Assembly: GCA_045837725.1 (NCBI GenBank)
Contig: JBEWZL010000238.1
Coordinates: 124,001-188,000 of the forward strand
Length of the DNA stretch: 64,000 nucleotides
Origin: Vermamoeba vermiformis
Taxonomy: Eukaryota
Reading direction: 5' to 3'
Shown: one piece after another, positions 23,682 through 38,411 of the stretch
Position numbering within the stretch: the stretch's first letter is position 1
Layout: each line of letters begins with the position of its first letter
Position numbers and translations under genes: made by a program
The notes under the pieces: model-generated
The model's input: only the letters and a program-made list of their open reading frames with translations
What the model was told of the DNA's origin: nothing
The model's database searches: none

Positions 23682-26018
23682 CTAATCGTCTTCGGAACTA
23701 TCTTCGCTAACCGACTCCACGTCGTCTATATTCGTATTAGAAGGAGCGCTATTTAACCTTAGTCGTTGAATTCCAGTCAAAATTGCTCGGCTGCTGTTTT
23801 GTCGGTCCATCCGCTTCATCTTTTTCATGTTCTCAATGTACGAGTTCAGATTGGTCAAGTCGCCTTCAGCCACGGATTGAACGACCTTCTCGGGGTCTGT
23901 TATGCTCTCCTCGAGAGGGACCGCAGAGTAGACGGGAATGGGCTCCATTTCCTCGCTGTTGGATAGGTCAAAGAAGTCCTCATCAAAGACTTCAAGCGAT
24001 GTGTTGCTCGGAGATCCCGCGAGAGGTGATCCGCTCTCGTTACCGTTAGTAACAGTAGGCACTGGGATGGGTTGGTTTGGCGAATTTGGATTGACAAAAG
24101 TATCTTCTGTAACTCCCTTTCGCTTACTGAATAACAAATAATTAGCTATGATCTTAAGCATCGCGAATTAAGTCTACTTACGCTCCCTGCCTCAACTTCA
24201 CAGTCGCTTCTAACTTAGTCATAATTTGCTGTTCAATGCCTTCTCGTTCTTTAGGCGACATGACATTCATCTCAGCCATCTGTACAACGAGCTCTTGCTC
24301 TTCTAATAAAGCCGCTGCAAGTTTGCGCGTGCCCATCTGATAGTTACAACGTCATTATGGCATTACTTCAAGCTATAGAAATGTTTTGTTCGTACCTTCA
24401 ACGTGTTCATGAAAGTTTCCTTCGGATCTTCAGTCTTCACAAGCTGCATAGCGTCGCCTGTTGACGGTGACTTGCCTTTCTTTTTGATGCGTGTTTTCTT
24501 TTCTTTTTTAGCCGCTTTGTCTACTTTCTCTTTGGCCTTCTGTTGTTTCGGATCAGCTACCTTTGGCGAGTTCTAATCAATCTACTATTAGCGCGTGTTC
24601 ATTATTGTCAGCGCTCTGATACGTACATCGCCGGGATTGAACTTTAGGGCATTATCGCTCCTTGTTCGGCGAGGTGACATATCCCCACCAACTGACGCTG
24701 AAGGAGGTCTTGCACCTCTTGCAGATACAAGCGGTCGTGTGCTGTGTTCCTCTGTCGGCTCTCCTCGTGGACTCCTCACATTCTGCAACCAGAAAATCAA
24801 TATTACTATCAATGACACGATGGCCTCGAAACACTTACTTGGAACAGCACTTCGTGGTTTTCAATCATCAAAGCCAATAATCGATTTACGCTCGGTGAGT
24901 TTGTAATTACAACTTGATAGGTTTCAATGCGTGGTCGAATCAAATTAGGTGCGAAAACAATTGCGATATTTGTTGAGGTCTAAAACAATCGTTAACCTAC
25001 ATGATTGATAGGGTCGATATTTAAATACGCACCATGCTGTTCTCTTTAACTGCTGCTACTTTGCTCAAGAATTGCACTAAATATTTCAAAATTGACTTGT
25101 TACCAGCCGGCAATACTTCAATTGCTCGGCCAATGCATTCAATTTGACTTTCGTGCTCTGGTTGGGCTATAAATCACGTACAATTAGTCTAAATAATTCA
25201 GATTTAATTTAATAATTAAGTTTTACGTACCCATGGCTGCAATGAATGATTCATATAATTCGAATGTCAATAATGGCTCGGGTAACTCTCTAAAAAATAG
25301 CTTCAAGAGTCCAGCTACATTGTGAATATCTTCGCCTGTAAGATCGACTTTCTTGCCTATTTGTAATATCTATGGGTTAGTTTCGCTTCTTCCGCTTTCG
25401 AAAATTCGTCAATTTAAATTTTTAACTTTTAATAAGCGATATTTCGCTATAAGATATTCCTACGATTTAAAAGAAATAAAAACCAAAAATCGCAGTATCA
25501 ATGGGCAAAAATCAAATTGACCATTATCGGATCTATCTATGACCGTTATGGAAATTAATATTTAATATTAACAATGGAGCTCCTATTATTCCATCATTTT
25601 AATTTAATATTTTTAAGTGAGTACTTCTGTAACAATGAAAATCTCCTTCATGCGTGATCGGAGCTAAAAGAACAAAATAAAATTATTTACCCTTATCATA
25701 TCTCTTTTTCAGCTCTTTTATATGATCTTGGACTCCAGGTACGCGAAATATTCCTTCTTCTTTTAATCCTATTGTTACAGAGTAAGGTTAAGCCTTTGAT
25801 CAATCCGACCGAAATTGAATTAATTAATTAAAATAGTACGAGCGCAGATGATCGTGGCATCATCCGTAATCAATATGGTATTTACCATTCTGTAATAAAA
25901 ATTCGATAGGCTGTTGTACTATAGGAGGCAGAGTTGGATCGTTTCGATCAAACCCCTTGGCCTTCTTGAACATGCCATACCAGTTCTTCTTGGCCTGCTT
26001 CTCTTTCTTTTGCGACAT
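23682..26018 (-). CDS. RhoGAP-domain protein with low-complexity C-terminus
   Basis: [12 protein letters not shown]...[12 protein letters not shown] (arginine finger)...[23 protein letters not shown]...[13 protein letters not shown]. Confidence 0.9.
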
Positions 26019-26299
26019 TGCGGGGTCTTTCAATGCGCAAGGTGAGGAGATTAGCAGGAATTGTTGTTGATCTCGCGGGCGATTAAGAGGGATTAATTAA
26101 CCGCACTGCACGAAGATAAATACAACACCTCTTGACCGGTTGAACTTCGTAGCGCCTGCTCGCAAACAGATCCTACTTGCAGCTTAGCTTATGTAAGTTC
26201 TATCTCGCGCCGTGATACAACGGTCACATCCGAGGAAGAGATTAGCCAAAAGAATTCTGTTTTATTTTACAATTATTAATTTATACGGCCATAATGAAT

Positions 26300-28415
26300 T
26301 TATTTTTCTCCCTTGGTGAACGGGTTCATGTTAAGTAAGTTCGAGCTAAACGTGGGCAGCATCTGATCAAAAAAAGCAAAATTAATTTCTGGCTTCAATA
26401 TCTGTCTGATATTCGCCATTAATTCTACGTGCACATAATACATACCATATCAATCTTTGATTTTTCTCTGTAACATTTACCAACCAAACAGATGTGGACG
26501 AGCGTTCTCAAAGCAAACAAGCAGAAGTATGTTACGACTACTAACGATAGTCCGCGAACAGTGTTGAATGGCATGAACGGTAGGAACATCCGTAGCATCT
26601 GAAGTAATGCGGCATAATGAGTTTTCCCGTTTCCAACTTACCGATCATGAATCAGACTTACCAAGCAGCACAACGGGAAGGGAATGAATCCTAAGCGCCT
26701 GGCAGTGTTTTGAATGGGGTCCAAACTACCAATTTTGCGTGCATCAATCACATCCGAGTACAAGACGACGCGGAATTTGTGGTACGAGAAGGCGGGGATC
26801 TTATTGAACTTCGCTATGAATGAATGCTTTGTCCAATCGACTAAGTGTTCTGTACCCCATATAGCCAGCAACTACACGTCGTTAGTATCTAGATATTTGG
26901 AACCTTTCATAACTTGTGCGATACGTACAACGTAGATGAACTGCGGTATTGAGCTGCTGTCCAGTGCCCAAACTCCGTGCGTCCAGTTATTCACCGCAAT
27001 TAAGACTACATACGAGAGCAGTTGAAATCGCTCCAAGATATCTGCGTTGTAGAAACCAGTTAGCTGTCTACTAGACACGAGCCCTAGGATTGTTACCTGA
27101 CAGAGTGGTCTGGAACAAACTCTCTTCTTTGTAGCCTTTGAACACACTTGACTTGATCTCCATGAAGTTCGTAGAGATTAACAGCGTGATCATTGCATTC
27201 GCCTTGGAGTTGACAGCAACATTCAGTGCCATGACTTTGATGTACAAGAAGGTCGAGTGCACGACTGTTGCTGTTAGTTGCGGTCTTGGACTGGTGTTGG
27301 ATGAGTACTTACTTAAGTAGCAGCACGTGAAGAAGAACAAGAAGCAGCGGTACATGAGGCTTGACTGGCTAACAATCTCTTTGATGTCCTTCTCGCGCAA
27401 CGGTGTCTTCTCTTTCTCCTTTCCTTTCTCCTTCTCTTTCTCTTTCTTATCGGTTGATGCACTGGGCTCTTCTTTCTCTGGGGAAGGCTTGAAGCCAAGG
27501 CGTGGTGATGACACAGACTTTTCCAACGTCTTCGTTGAACTAATGTCAAGCGAAGGTACTTTCAACGGATCTCCCGAGCCGTCTTCAGCGGGCTTCTTTT
27601 CCTCCTTTTTATCGTCCTTGACGCTCTTTTCGTTCTTCTCCTTCTCGTTCTCTTGAATTACTATCTTCTCTATTTGTTCGTACACGGTCTTAGGCATCAT
27701 TAATAGCCACAGTGTGTCGAGTAGATCTTGGCCGAGGGACGTTGCTAATTTATCGAAGATCTGAGTGCGAAGGTCAATATTGAAGTCCACGGCAATAGCA
27801 AATACATACCTCCATGCTGTTGAACACGACGTACAATTTAATAACCGATTGCGATCGAATGAAGTCGTAGATAGCAATGCCATCGATATATGTCAAGAAA
27901 TATGTGCATATAATACAAAGTGCCATTCGTAGCAAGTCAAATGATTGCGCGGGAGTCAGCGACCTACAAGAAGCGCTTAGTACAACAACAACGCCTTGGC
28001 AGCTGGGCAAACAATAATACCTTTTAGAGAAGAGCAGTGCTATGAGGCGCCAAAGAGCGAGCATTGCACGAAGAGGAAACATCGTGAACACGTACAAAAA
28101 TATGTCGTAGCTGATCCAAAAGCCCAAAAACAGTACCTAATACGTCATTAAGCAAACGTTGTGAGTAATTAGAGTATTAAGGCGAGACGATCGGCAGCGC
28201 GCTATTCCGTACGGATTTGAACTTACTTTTTCGAGCCTGTAAGGCGTTTTAGTAAAATTGATAATATCGTGCTGAAGCAATAGAGAATCGCGCTGTTTTT
28301 CAAGGCTTATATCACCAGAAGTCAAATCGTCGCTAATGAAATTTTCAACGTGGGGCTTTGGGGTGGCAATCGCTGTTTCTTGTGTAACATTTTTCTCAGC
28401 GACATTCCCTATCAT
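26300..28415 (-). CDS. TAPT1: TAPT1/EMP65-like ER membrane protein (DUF747)
   Basis: IRSQSVIKLYVVFNSME, ALNVAVNSKANAMITLLISTNFMEIKSSVFK, DILERFQL, VDWTKHSFIAKFN, ARRLGFIPFPL. Confidence 0.9.
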
Positions 28416-28564
28416 AAATGATCAATATTGCATTTTGTTCCTATCTTTTTGAATTTTTTGAATTTTTATCGAACGATCCAATTAAATTTCGGTACCAGCG
28501 CGCTAAAATAAGCCCTGCCGGTTACAAAAATTATTACAAATATAGAGCAATTTTCTAAGGTATT

Positions 28565-29080
28565 TGCCTTATCGATTCTCGTCGTACCAAGACTGGGGTC
28601 GGATTTCGAACGCACTAACATTCAACCAAGCAAAATCGTACCACCACTTCCTGCAATATTAATGCGATAGCAAGTAATAAATAGTGGTGTTGTTGTAGTC
28701 GCACATCACTACACACAAATAATTCATGAACTGAATTAGTCAACCAGCTTCAGTTTGGTACTCAATCAAAATTATTCAGTAACAGGCGTACGCATCACAA
28801 TGTGAAAGTGGGTAGTTGTACTTTCAAAGAATTCGGAAGGAAGCTTTCGGAGGTTAAGAGGCTCACATGACACTTCAAGAGGATGTCCGTTATGAGATCT
28901 GCACTCATTAATTAAGGCGAGTACATGGCATCGAGCTGGAATTCTATCAGAGTCCTGTCTCATGTATGTAACGTGACGGCTTGTGCACAAGCCTTGCGTC
29001 TTTAATTACCGAGCTTTTCCCAGGGAATATCAGATAAAGGTGCCTCCGGATGGCCCCCCAAAGGCGTATCACCGCTTCAT
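28565..29080 (-). CDS. Possible small hypothetical multi-exon gene
   Basis: Open frames at 28772-28990 and a terminal Trp-rich exon KWWYDFAWLNVSAFEIRPQSWYDENR; start codon not resolved. Confidence 0.3.
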
Positions 29081-29451
29081 CGAACCAGCAAAATCGTAGG
29101 AAATGCGAAAATTTGAAATATTTGTGAATACTTCTTCCTTTTTTGGTTTTTACTAGCTTTGCAATGATTTTTACAACCAATTTCTAATGGTTTTCAGCTT
29201 GGTTTGTTCCAGGTACTTAGAAAACTATCTTGAGGAACGGATATTTTGGATATTATACGAATTGGGGCCAAATTTAAAAAAGATTCTCCTCAGCCAATAA
29301 TCGTTCACCCGCCGAAATTTTCAGCCAAATATTTGGTCGCACACGATTTCCGACGACATAAATTGGTTGATGTTGCGAGTTTATTTTTCATACTCGAAAC
29401 AAGTAACCACTACTCAAAGTACATTGATACTTGAAGTTTAGATTTGCAATT

Positions 29452-30150
29452 ATGGCCGATCAACAAGCTCACCACGAAGAAGCTCACGTTACCGTGACCA
29501 CTCAAGGCGAACCTGCTCATCAAGAGACTACCGTGCACGTCGAGCACACTGAAAAGAAGAAGAAGGAGAAGAAGGAAGGCAGCGCTGGCTCTTCGACACC
29601 CAACAAAACCTTGAATCAATTGGAATTGGGTCTCTTTATTATTTGCATCGTTATTTTCTGCTACAGCATCGTTACTTGGGCTGTCTTGGTCTTCTGGGCT
29701 CTCGTCTGGATTAGAGGTTGGATCGTTGTTGCTGCTTGCGTTCTCGGTTCTCTTGGTGCTTGGGTAAGGCTTCTCTAATTTACTCCTTCATGATGCCACG
29801 GCACAGCGTTCAATGAAGCACGCTAATTTTAATGAATTCCAAAACCGAATCTAATCCTTTTCTTAGAACGTCTGGCGCCCAGTTACACTCTTCTTTTGCA
29901 TGATTGCTACTATCGTGGCCGCAGCTCTTTCTGTTGTAGATTTGATTGTTGGTTTGGCGCTTTACATTCCTGCGTATGTATCCAAATCCGGGTTACAAGC
30001 AAGCGCTTTAACATTTTTTTTAGCAACATTCCTTCTGTTTGGATCCCCATCATTATCTTTGTTGCCGTCGCCTTGGTGCTTTACTTCTTGCTCTTCTTGT
30101 TCGCTTTCCGTCTCAGAGGCCGCTCTTTGAAGTGGGTTGCTCCTAAATAA
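29452..30150 (+). CDS. Small multi-pass (about 4 TM) membrane protein
   Basis: His/Glu/Lys-rich N-terminus MADQQAHHEE...KKKKEKKE, then hydrophobic segments over about 3 exons; strongly C/T-ending codons. Confidence 0.7.
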
Positions 30151-30699
30151 GCAGATGCGCATCATTTTTGATTCTTTTGGTGCTACTATTTAATTTATTC
30201 GCGTTAAGCAACAGTTTGTAAATAAATATTTAACCTATTTCCTCATTTTTCAAGATCTGTCGTTGCTCGTCAACCTTGCAACGGTTACTTTAAAAAATCA
30301 AAGCCTATATATTACTCTTTCGTACTTAAATATTTGGGCGGCCTTAATGAGCAAGCTAAATAGTCCGTATGCGTTGCAATTCAGCCGCAGCAACGGTGAT
30401 CTTGTGTGTACTAAGCGTAAGTTTTCCGTTTCTACGTGGAAAGTTTCGGCATGCTCAATATTCGCGCACATTAATTGTCATAAATAGTGTTCACAACAAG
30501 GCCGCAAGCCAAAAGTGAAAGATTTGGATCTACATCCGGTCTGATTTTGGATTTGAATATCATTTGATTTGTTGTGACGTAAAACAAAAAATATTTCTTC
30601 TGTACTCATGCACATTTTTACAGCAAATAGAGCAAATTTGTCGACACACCACCATCTATTTAAAAATGATATTCGGCTAGATTTTTCATTTCATTTCAT

Positions 30700-33395
30700 T
30701 TCTGACAGAAGTTACCCTTTAGTACAGACGTCCCAACTGGGAAATACTATTCAAAGGGTAATTAATTAGCGCAGTTTGAGTGGATTCTAACGATGCAAAG
30801 TAGGATCTGTTCCGATCCAACGATCACCGTACAACCCTGGAGTTATTCTAAACGAGCATTCGTTGCTTAAGTATTGACACGTGTCAAGTATTTCTTACCC
30901 AAATGCTCGTTCCTGCCAACGGAAGTACCGAACCACGACATAAAGTCTGTGAACTCCATCACGTGATTTACAATGCAGTCCATAATCTACAACGAACAAC
31001 GAACAAATTAGAGTTCTACTCTTGATACAACTGATCGAGGTCCAATGGATTCTTCGGGTCAACAAAAAGTAACTGTCGCGCCGTCAGCAATGCATGTACA
31101 GTCGGTACGGCTTCCTTGATGCATTCAACGCAGTAGTTGGAAGGAATACGTTGGCAAGAAACCATCAAGATGATGTTATCGAGAGGAAACAAGCTGCCGT
31201 CTTCACATCGTAAAGTAGTACGCCACATTGTCACCATGCGTTCAATTTGTAGCATTTTGGAGACGAAGTTCTGCGTTACGTCCCAGCTGTTAGGTTTCTC
31301 CGATGTGTTCTCAGTCATCAATTGCTCGATGTATGCAATCACTTCTGACAGATCACACCCGTCTCGGAACTTCTTCCAGGAAGGGCGTAGCGATTGAGTC
31401 GTAACATCGCTTAGCAGCAGCACGGAACTGTGAGCAGAGCCTTGTAGTTTGTCACGCAAGACGGACTCGGCGGGCTCGCTCTCAAGGAACATCTCGGCGT
31501 AGCGTTTGTGTATTCTCCGTAAATCGGGTGTAATCAGGCATACCGCGTCTGTTTTGACATGTTGCTCAATTTTCCTCTCTCTTCTTCACCAAGTGTCGCC
31601 AACAACTGATGATACTTGGTCTTCTTAAGCTCGTCGTCTACGTGGTGCTGTTGACTAGCAGTCAAGCTTTGTTTTTTGTTGAACATGCAGCGAAAAGCCG
31701 TCACCCATTTGCAATTACGGAGCAGCATTTCTAACTCACGGTGGGCAGTTAGTCGGTGGATCTTGTCGTACTACATTCAATTGAATTAGCTGTCTGTGTA
31801 TTACAACGAACTTACGCTTACGCATTCCTTGGCAAGTTGGTTTGTTTCGTTTAATCGAACCAATTGAGTGAGGATCTTTTCAAAGCCAGTGTCCAAACTG
31901 GTGTCGAACTCATCCAATGCATCGCCGATGGGTTGATTCTTTCAAGGTCTGTTAGTACTAAGCAATATTGTAAATTATCTAACGGAACTCACAACAAGCT
32001 TCAAGGCACTAACAAGTTCCGAAACAAAAGCCGAAGGTTGCGTGTTTTTCGACTGTCAGTTGCAGCAGCTGGCGCCAAGTTGTTGTTCTTTGCACGTTGT
32101 TGCGACGCCATCTCCTTCAAAGCAAAAAATAAATTAGCAAACCGTATTCTAAGACGTGCAGAAGTAGATATAGATTTGCTTGCAACTTGTGGCTAGGATT
32201 TGTCGAATGGCTGAAAGACGATCTGCAATCGCTTAAAGATTCGTTCTTACCTGCGTGCATGGCATTCGTATTGCTCAAAACTATGGATCGCAAGTTTGAT
32301 TAGGTATTAGTTGGTATTGGTTTTGGGACTTACTCGGCAGTTGCTCTTTGTTCTTCGGTCCTGAGCCAGGATTCGAGACGCTTCGGTCAGAGATCTGAAG
32401 AATTTATTACAACAGCTCAACTAAGACTGAAATTTATACAAGAGACTGAATTCATTTTCTTATCGGTTCAACTTTAAAGACTTAGTTTGATCTTGGTCTC
32501 GGGCGCTGATATGGGTTGCTGCATTGCTAAGCATTGGGCACCTAAACGGCAATTCTATTATTGTAGCTCGGGCTTTCTTTAAGAACAAAGAAATTTAATT
32601 TCAACTTACGCGTAACAGGTTTGCCTTTATAAGAATCGAACTGATCCTTAGCAAGGACAAAGATGAGACCCTTTTCGACAGCTTCTTTAGTGCTCATATT
32701 TTCATCGGTGAGCTCTTCGAACTCCTCCTGAAGAACGCTGACGTCCGTCTTTTTGAGATCGGCGCAGTACTTCTGCAACAGCTCCCAAGCAGCGTGTTGA
32801 AGGGCTTTTTTGCTCATATCATTTGATTGAACTTTTGTCGATAGTTCGATGTATACAGGAACTTTGACACGACCCAGGGTTGCATCTACAACGAAGAGTT
32901 CAGTTCACTGAAACAGTGCATCCAAGAAAATATCATGCTTACCAACGCTCGAGGCACCAGGGGGACTCGATCCGATAACTGTATATAATTTGTGAGTATA
33001 TTAGGCTTTATTAGGCATGATTACCTTTTGCCAACACCGTATCTACTACTCTCAGAGAGCATGAGACTCGAAAAATGCGGCTTTGTTCTTTTGCATCTCC
33101 TTCAACATCTCGATGCTCTCTTCGGATCATAGGCACTGCCATCCATGCGCCTTGTCCAACAAGCTCTCCCGTCTGCTTGGAATGGTGCGATTTCTGCATC
33201 TGCTTGGCGATTCTCTTTCGCAGCTCGGTTGCTAGCGGATAGTCGCTCTCATTAACGATAACAGTCCTCGTTAAAGATTGCTCTGCATCATTACAATACA
33301 CTAATACGCACTCTAAAAAACAAATTAAGTTGGATCCGATCGGACTTGCGTTGCGCCTTTTGAAGCTTGTTGAGCTTACCAGTATTATTCTCCAT
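30700..33395 (-). CDS. Hypothetical multi-exon protein
   Basis: Chain of minus-strand ORFs (31016-31492, 31534-31728, 32542-32817, 33011-33301) with splice signals; no recognised domain; 3' end approximate. Confidence 0.5.
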
Positions 33396-34391
33396 TGCGC
33401 GTAGCGATTCTAGTCCGTCAAAACTGGTTAACGTTGTGGTACGGAATCGAAATGGAATGAGATTGAATCAGGTTGCTGCAATTTTTGTTTCTGGCGCCAA
33501 CTCTAAAAAAATTTCTTTGACCATTTTGGGCAAGAATTTTGCGGAATTGCAAGGCCTATTTTAGCCACAGAGGCACGTGTCTCCTCGATTGCTGTTGGAC
33601 TTAGCTGACTCGAATGATCATTGGCGTATCGCGATGATTGTGGTACGTTATTGTTGAGTGAAAGACGAGCATGCGTAGGTAGCTATTGACATTGCCATCC
33701 GTCTATTTTCAAATTTAAAATAAGACCAGAAGCAATTTCAGCTGGCTAGCTAAAACGGCTTACATCCAAGAACGAACTACCCGAAAAGCAGCAAGTAGTT
33801 CGTTGTTGTGTATTAAAATTAACATTGTAGGCTATGGCAAGTATACTTGCTGCAATTCGTATGACCGAATCCTATCGCAGTTCGTGGGTGGCCAGACTGA
33901 GATTGACGTGGAAACTTACAACGAAAGTAGAGTATTTGTTTAGGCTAGTTGCGTAAGAGTGGAGTAACCAATTCGAGATCCGCATTTGTTCAAGACTTAT
34001 ATTGATAATCAAGCTACATCTAAAAATTTCGCCTTTTTGATTAGAAAAATTAAAATAAATTATATTAACGGCTGATTTGTTCCAATTTAATTGATTAATA
34101 ATTTGGATCAAATTTATTTGCTGTTATTATGTTTCAAAGCTAAACAATTCAATTTTTAAACTTCTGAACCAACTGGTACTCACCGAAAATACAGTATCCT
34201 TGTCCTAATTGTAACCCGAGGGGTAATTTATTGAATATAGGCAGTATGCTGTGCGTTCTGGTAAGATTCAGTGTGCATATGATTTTGACGTCCACACACT
34301 TTCAATTCAGCTAACCAAAAAGATCAACCACCCACGAAGCGTATGATTACTTAGCAAGCCATTAAATAAGATATAGCACGTGGCATTATAG

Positions 34392-35228
34392 ATGGCGAAG
34401 GTAGTGGTTTTAGGCGATCGCAAAGGTAAGATCTTCAGCCTGAAAATAGAAACAAAGCTATCTATTGCTGGCAAAATTTAATTAATAATTTTAGTTGGAA
34501 AGACAGCACTTTTGATCACCTATACCAGCGGTGTATTTCCTGTTGATTATTTGCCTTCCGTATTCGAAAATTATTCTCCTCGTCTTGGTCCTCCTTTGCC
34601 ACTCACTTATTGGGACACAAATGGTATAAATTACTTCTGTTTAATACAAATATTGACTGTTGATTTTTTTTGGAGTCGGTCCTGAATACGAAAAACTTCT
34701 TCCCTTGTCGTAAGTCGTGCGGCACGACTATTTGTTGCCAAGAGTCTTACATTTAATTAGGTGCAAGGAGGCAGATTTTATTCTTCTTTGTTTCTCTGTT
34801 GCAGACAAAACGTCGTTCGAAAATATTCAAAACCGGTGGAGCGGAGTTATTAAGGCGCACGCGCCTAAGTACGTACTAAGTAGCGTCAATACATATATTA
34901 GCATTATATTAAAGTGTTGGTTAGCGCGAGAGTAGTATTGTGTGCGACGAAGACAGATCTTCGAGATCAGCAACAAGACAGCATTACAACGGATATGGGT
35001 CGTAAGTTATCAAAACAAATAGGCGCTATTGAATATGTAGAAGTCAGGTACGTTATAAATAATCCATTGCGAGACATAATAAGTCAATAGCAACGCTGAC
35101 CTATTCGCTGAGACAGTGCGCTCAAAAATTCAAATGCACGCGTGCCCTTCGAGACTATGATACATTTTCTCAAAGACAAAAGTGCTCAAAATACTCGACC
35201 TAAGAAACGAGAGTGTATTGTAAGCTGA
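34392..35228 (+). CDS. Divergent Rho-family small GTPase
   Basis: KVVVLGDRKVGKT P-loop, YLPSVFENY effector loop, WDT, CFSV..KTSFENI, TKTDLR, EVSAL, polybasic tail and CAAX box CIVS. Confidence 0.9.
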
Positions 35229-35354
35229 GCGCGTAATGTTGTAAAAATGTATACTTGTATAAAAATAATTTTAATCTACTCTACTCTTTATTTACATTTA
35301 CTGTCTTCTCCTATTAACAATCGATTGCCTATATAATGCGTTAATAATCGGTAC

Positions 35355-36283
35355 TTAAAAATTAATCACAAATTGGTACCTGTAATTCTCGGCCACAGCG
35401 TAGAAGAATATTCCAACGAAGACGAGCAACATAAAATCGTCCAACAGCCCTACTAGTCCCATTTCATCGGGTATAATGTCGAATGGAACGAAGATGTACG
35501 CGATTGCAAATAACAGCACGCCGTAGAACAAGAATTTCATCACTGGATTGGCACGTGACAAATGCCGCAGCAGATACACGTCCTCTTTGATCTATATAAT
35601 ATAATTGTTGGCATATATATAGCGGTGTGATATGGTATTAATTGGAGCATTACTTGAGCACCCACATTGCGCGGGCCATTAGCAAATTTGGCGTTGTATT
35701 CTTGAACTTTTTCGTCTGGGTTTAAAACCTGCATAAATACAGCACTATTAATATTTTTCAAATAAGTAATTGTTATTAAAAGGGTTTTTAATGTATAATA
35801 CCTGAGTTTGACGTTCTGGTTGGATGCGAGTAATTTCGTTTCGAACAACATAATTCGGAATAAGCATAGATACTTTGGTGCGATCTAATGGGCAAGGTAT
35901 TGGTTGATTAGAGCCTTTAGTCTCCCAATAAGTTATCAAACAGTGTCCTGCAATGCTGATCAGAATGGTGACGTGTCGCGAAAAATTTTCAAAATAATAG
36001 GAATACTGCTGAATTATTCCTTTGCATTTATACAACCTATGAGACAGTAATGGTAGTTTTAAAAATATTTCGATGGGTTTATTTTAATTTCCAAATAATT
36101 AAAAATTAACCCATCGCGTCTAAATTAGTAAATTACAGTAGTGGTGGTAAACACCACATTAAAATTTAAATTTGCAATCTTACCGCAAAAAGTGTGACCG
36201 CAACTCGTTGTTACTGCGTGAGCAAGTACATCCATGCACAGCGGGCACTGTAAGTTATCTGAAGGTGCTTGTCGTTCAGCCAT
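35355..36283 (-). CDS. RNF170: RNF170-like RING E3 ligase with DUF1232 membrane domain
   Basis: CPLC...TSCGHTFCG|HCL...CPLDR RING; YIFVPFDIIPDEMGLVGLLDDF. Confidence 0.85.
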
Positions 36284-36524
36284 ATGAAATATACGGTAGT
36301 TGTTGTTACAACGCAATAAAATTGGAAGATTGGGTTTTTGTTACGTCTTTTTTTTGTTGATCGCAACAACAAACATGTTACTTCTGGCAACTGAAGTGAA
36401 GAAAAAACACAATAAATTAATGTAATATTCACCAGAAAATGTCGAACCTGTCATGCGTCAATAGCACCGGGAAGGATTGCCTGGGATGCGACGAATTATT
36501 TAATTATCTTATCGCAAGTTAGCA

Positions 36525-38411
36525 ATGCCTCGAGGGCAAAAAAGAAAGCGCAATGACGAGGGAGACTTATTGAGGTCTGCCGAAATGAAGGTACGGTTAC
36601 TATTTGAACCAGTGATAAATTTCTATTGTTTTTTTTGTCAAAATTAATAATTATTCAAAATCCTCGAAAGAAAAGAAGAGCTTGCCGATTTGAACGACAA
36701 ATTTGAAGAGAATTCAGACCTCAGCGAAAATGACGAGCCTCTTGAATTAAAAATCGAAGATTTTCTTGCACCACACGAGGCAGAGTTTCTCCGCAAAGAT
36801 CCTTGGAATATGAACTTCACAAATACCACCTGGACAAACGAAACGACGCTATTGAAAGCCAAATCAGAGTTTAGGAAGAAGTGGTTAGGCCAGTGGAAGC
36901 AAAGCGGAGTTTTTCCGACCGAGATCTGTCAAGAGATCCTCAACTTTTGTGAGCCTGACACATTGTTCAAATGGAGACGTGTGTGCAAGCTGACCAATGC
37001 ACTAGTGCTCAAATCGGACAATGTGTGGCGCACTTTGTTCTATTCTCGTCATTGGAAACTGCGACATGACTTGGAAAACGGCTTTGTTGGTGTGGATCCG
37101 CTCGACGAAGACAAGAGTGAATGGATCAATGTCATTCCTGATGATCAAGTTGATTGGTTTGGCGAGTATAGACGCAATCATATCAACTCTGTTGCCATAA
37201 GAAAGGCCATCAGCGATATCAACACGAAACTTCAGAAGATCGTTGACGAGTACGGCGCTGCAAAAAAAGGAGTTAAACAGCCTGCATTTTTTGAACCAGG
37301 CCTCATTGATGCAGATATTGATAAAAAGGCTGTTAAGCATCGCTTGACGATCACAAACGATTTGAGAGAGCTGCTCAAGGTACGTTCTTAATACCTGTTG
37401 AAAGAAATTAATTCGTTTATTTAGTGCTGCAATGGTGCCCGCTTTACGATGGGCAACAAACACCAGATCTACGATATCAAGGTGCCCCCAAGTATCTTTC
37501 CGTCCTTGAATCAGGTCGGGCATGGAATGAGCTACGCGCACTGGGAAAAGATTGACTTTGATGGTGGCTGGTACTCGGAGGATTCCTATGTGTCACAAGG
37601 CCACGACCTTCGCCAGCCATTGGCGCCACCGCTTGATCCAGAGATACCCGACAAGCCTGAGAAATCGAGAATGGAGTTGTTGACAGCGAGTGACATGGAG
37701 AGTGACAGCGGTGAGTACTCGACCAGTGATCAGGCTCCTTCGTGTTCCGAACTTGAGGATGAAGAAGAGGATCAAGAGTACCTGGATTACTTATACGAAG
37801 AAGAACGCTGCGACAATGGTGTATTTGGAGCTCATGAGGATATGCTAGCGTTCGGTGGAGCACACATTGATGACAGCGATTCGGCTGATGAGCAGTTATA
37901 CGATGCTAATGAAGGAGCTCTTTTCGTTACTAGTCGCAATAGTTCAGTGGTGGATTTGATCACGTATCCATCTATTGTAGACTACGTGCAGGAAGTCAGC
38001 GATCATTTGGATGATCCAATTGCACCGTTTTGGTTGACGTTCAGTGACTACGACATCATGGACCTCAATCAATTCGAGGAAGTTCTTGACGAGCACGTTG
38101 ACGTGGAAATTGGTCTGAAGTTCCTGCGATGGCATTGGCTAGTGGGCCGGATGCTTTTAGACCACATCACCAACAGCTATCTGCCTCCCAGAAGTTTGAA
38201 GATGCTAATAGCTGCAGCACAAGACGCAGCTGTGAAGATTTTCAAGCGCGCTAATGAACTAGAGACGAGCGATGAGTTGCAGCCTGGAGCTTTTACTCGC
38301 GCAGCACAAGAACTGTTCCCCTCGGAGGCTTTTCCTGACTGGAACGCACCTGCTCCTAAACCTGTGAAGCCTAAGCGGTCTACTGGCTCTGCTAAAAAGA
38401 AGAAAAAATAA
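36525..38411 (+). CDS. F-box protein with acidic region and basic NLS-like termini
   Basis: FPTEICQEILNFCEPDTLFKWRRVCK...DNVWR F-box; N-terminal KRKR; C-terminal KKKKK. Confidence 0.7.

Noticed and set aside
23682-35228. Functional linkage between the RhoGAP and the atypical Rho gene
   Set aside because: They are about 8 kb apart with unrelated genes between, and both families are large; there is no evidence of pairing.
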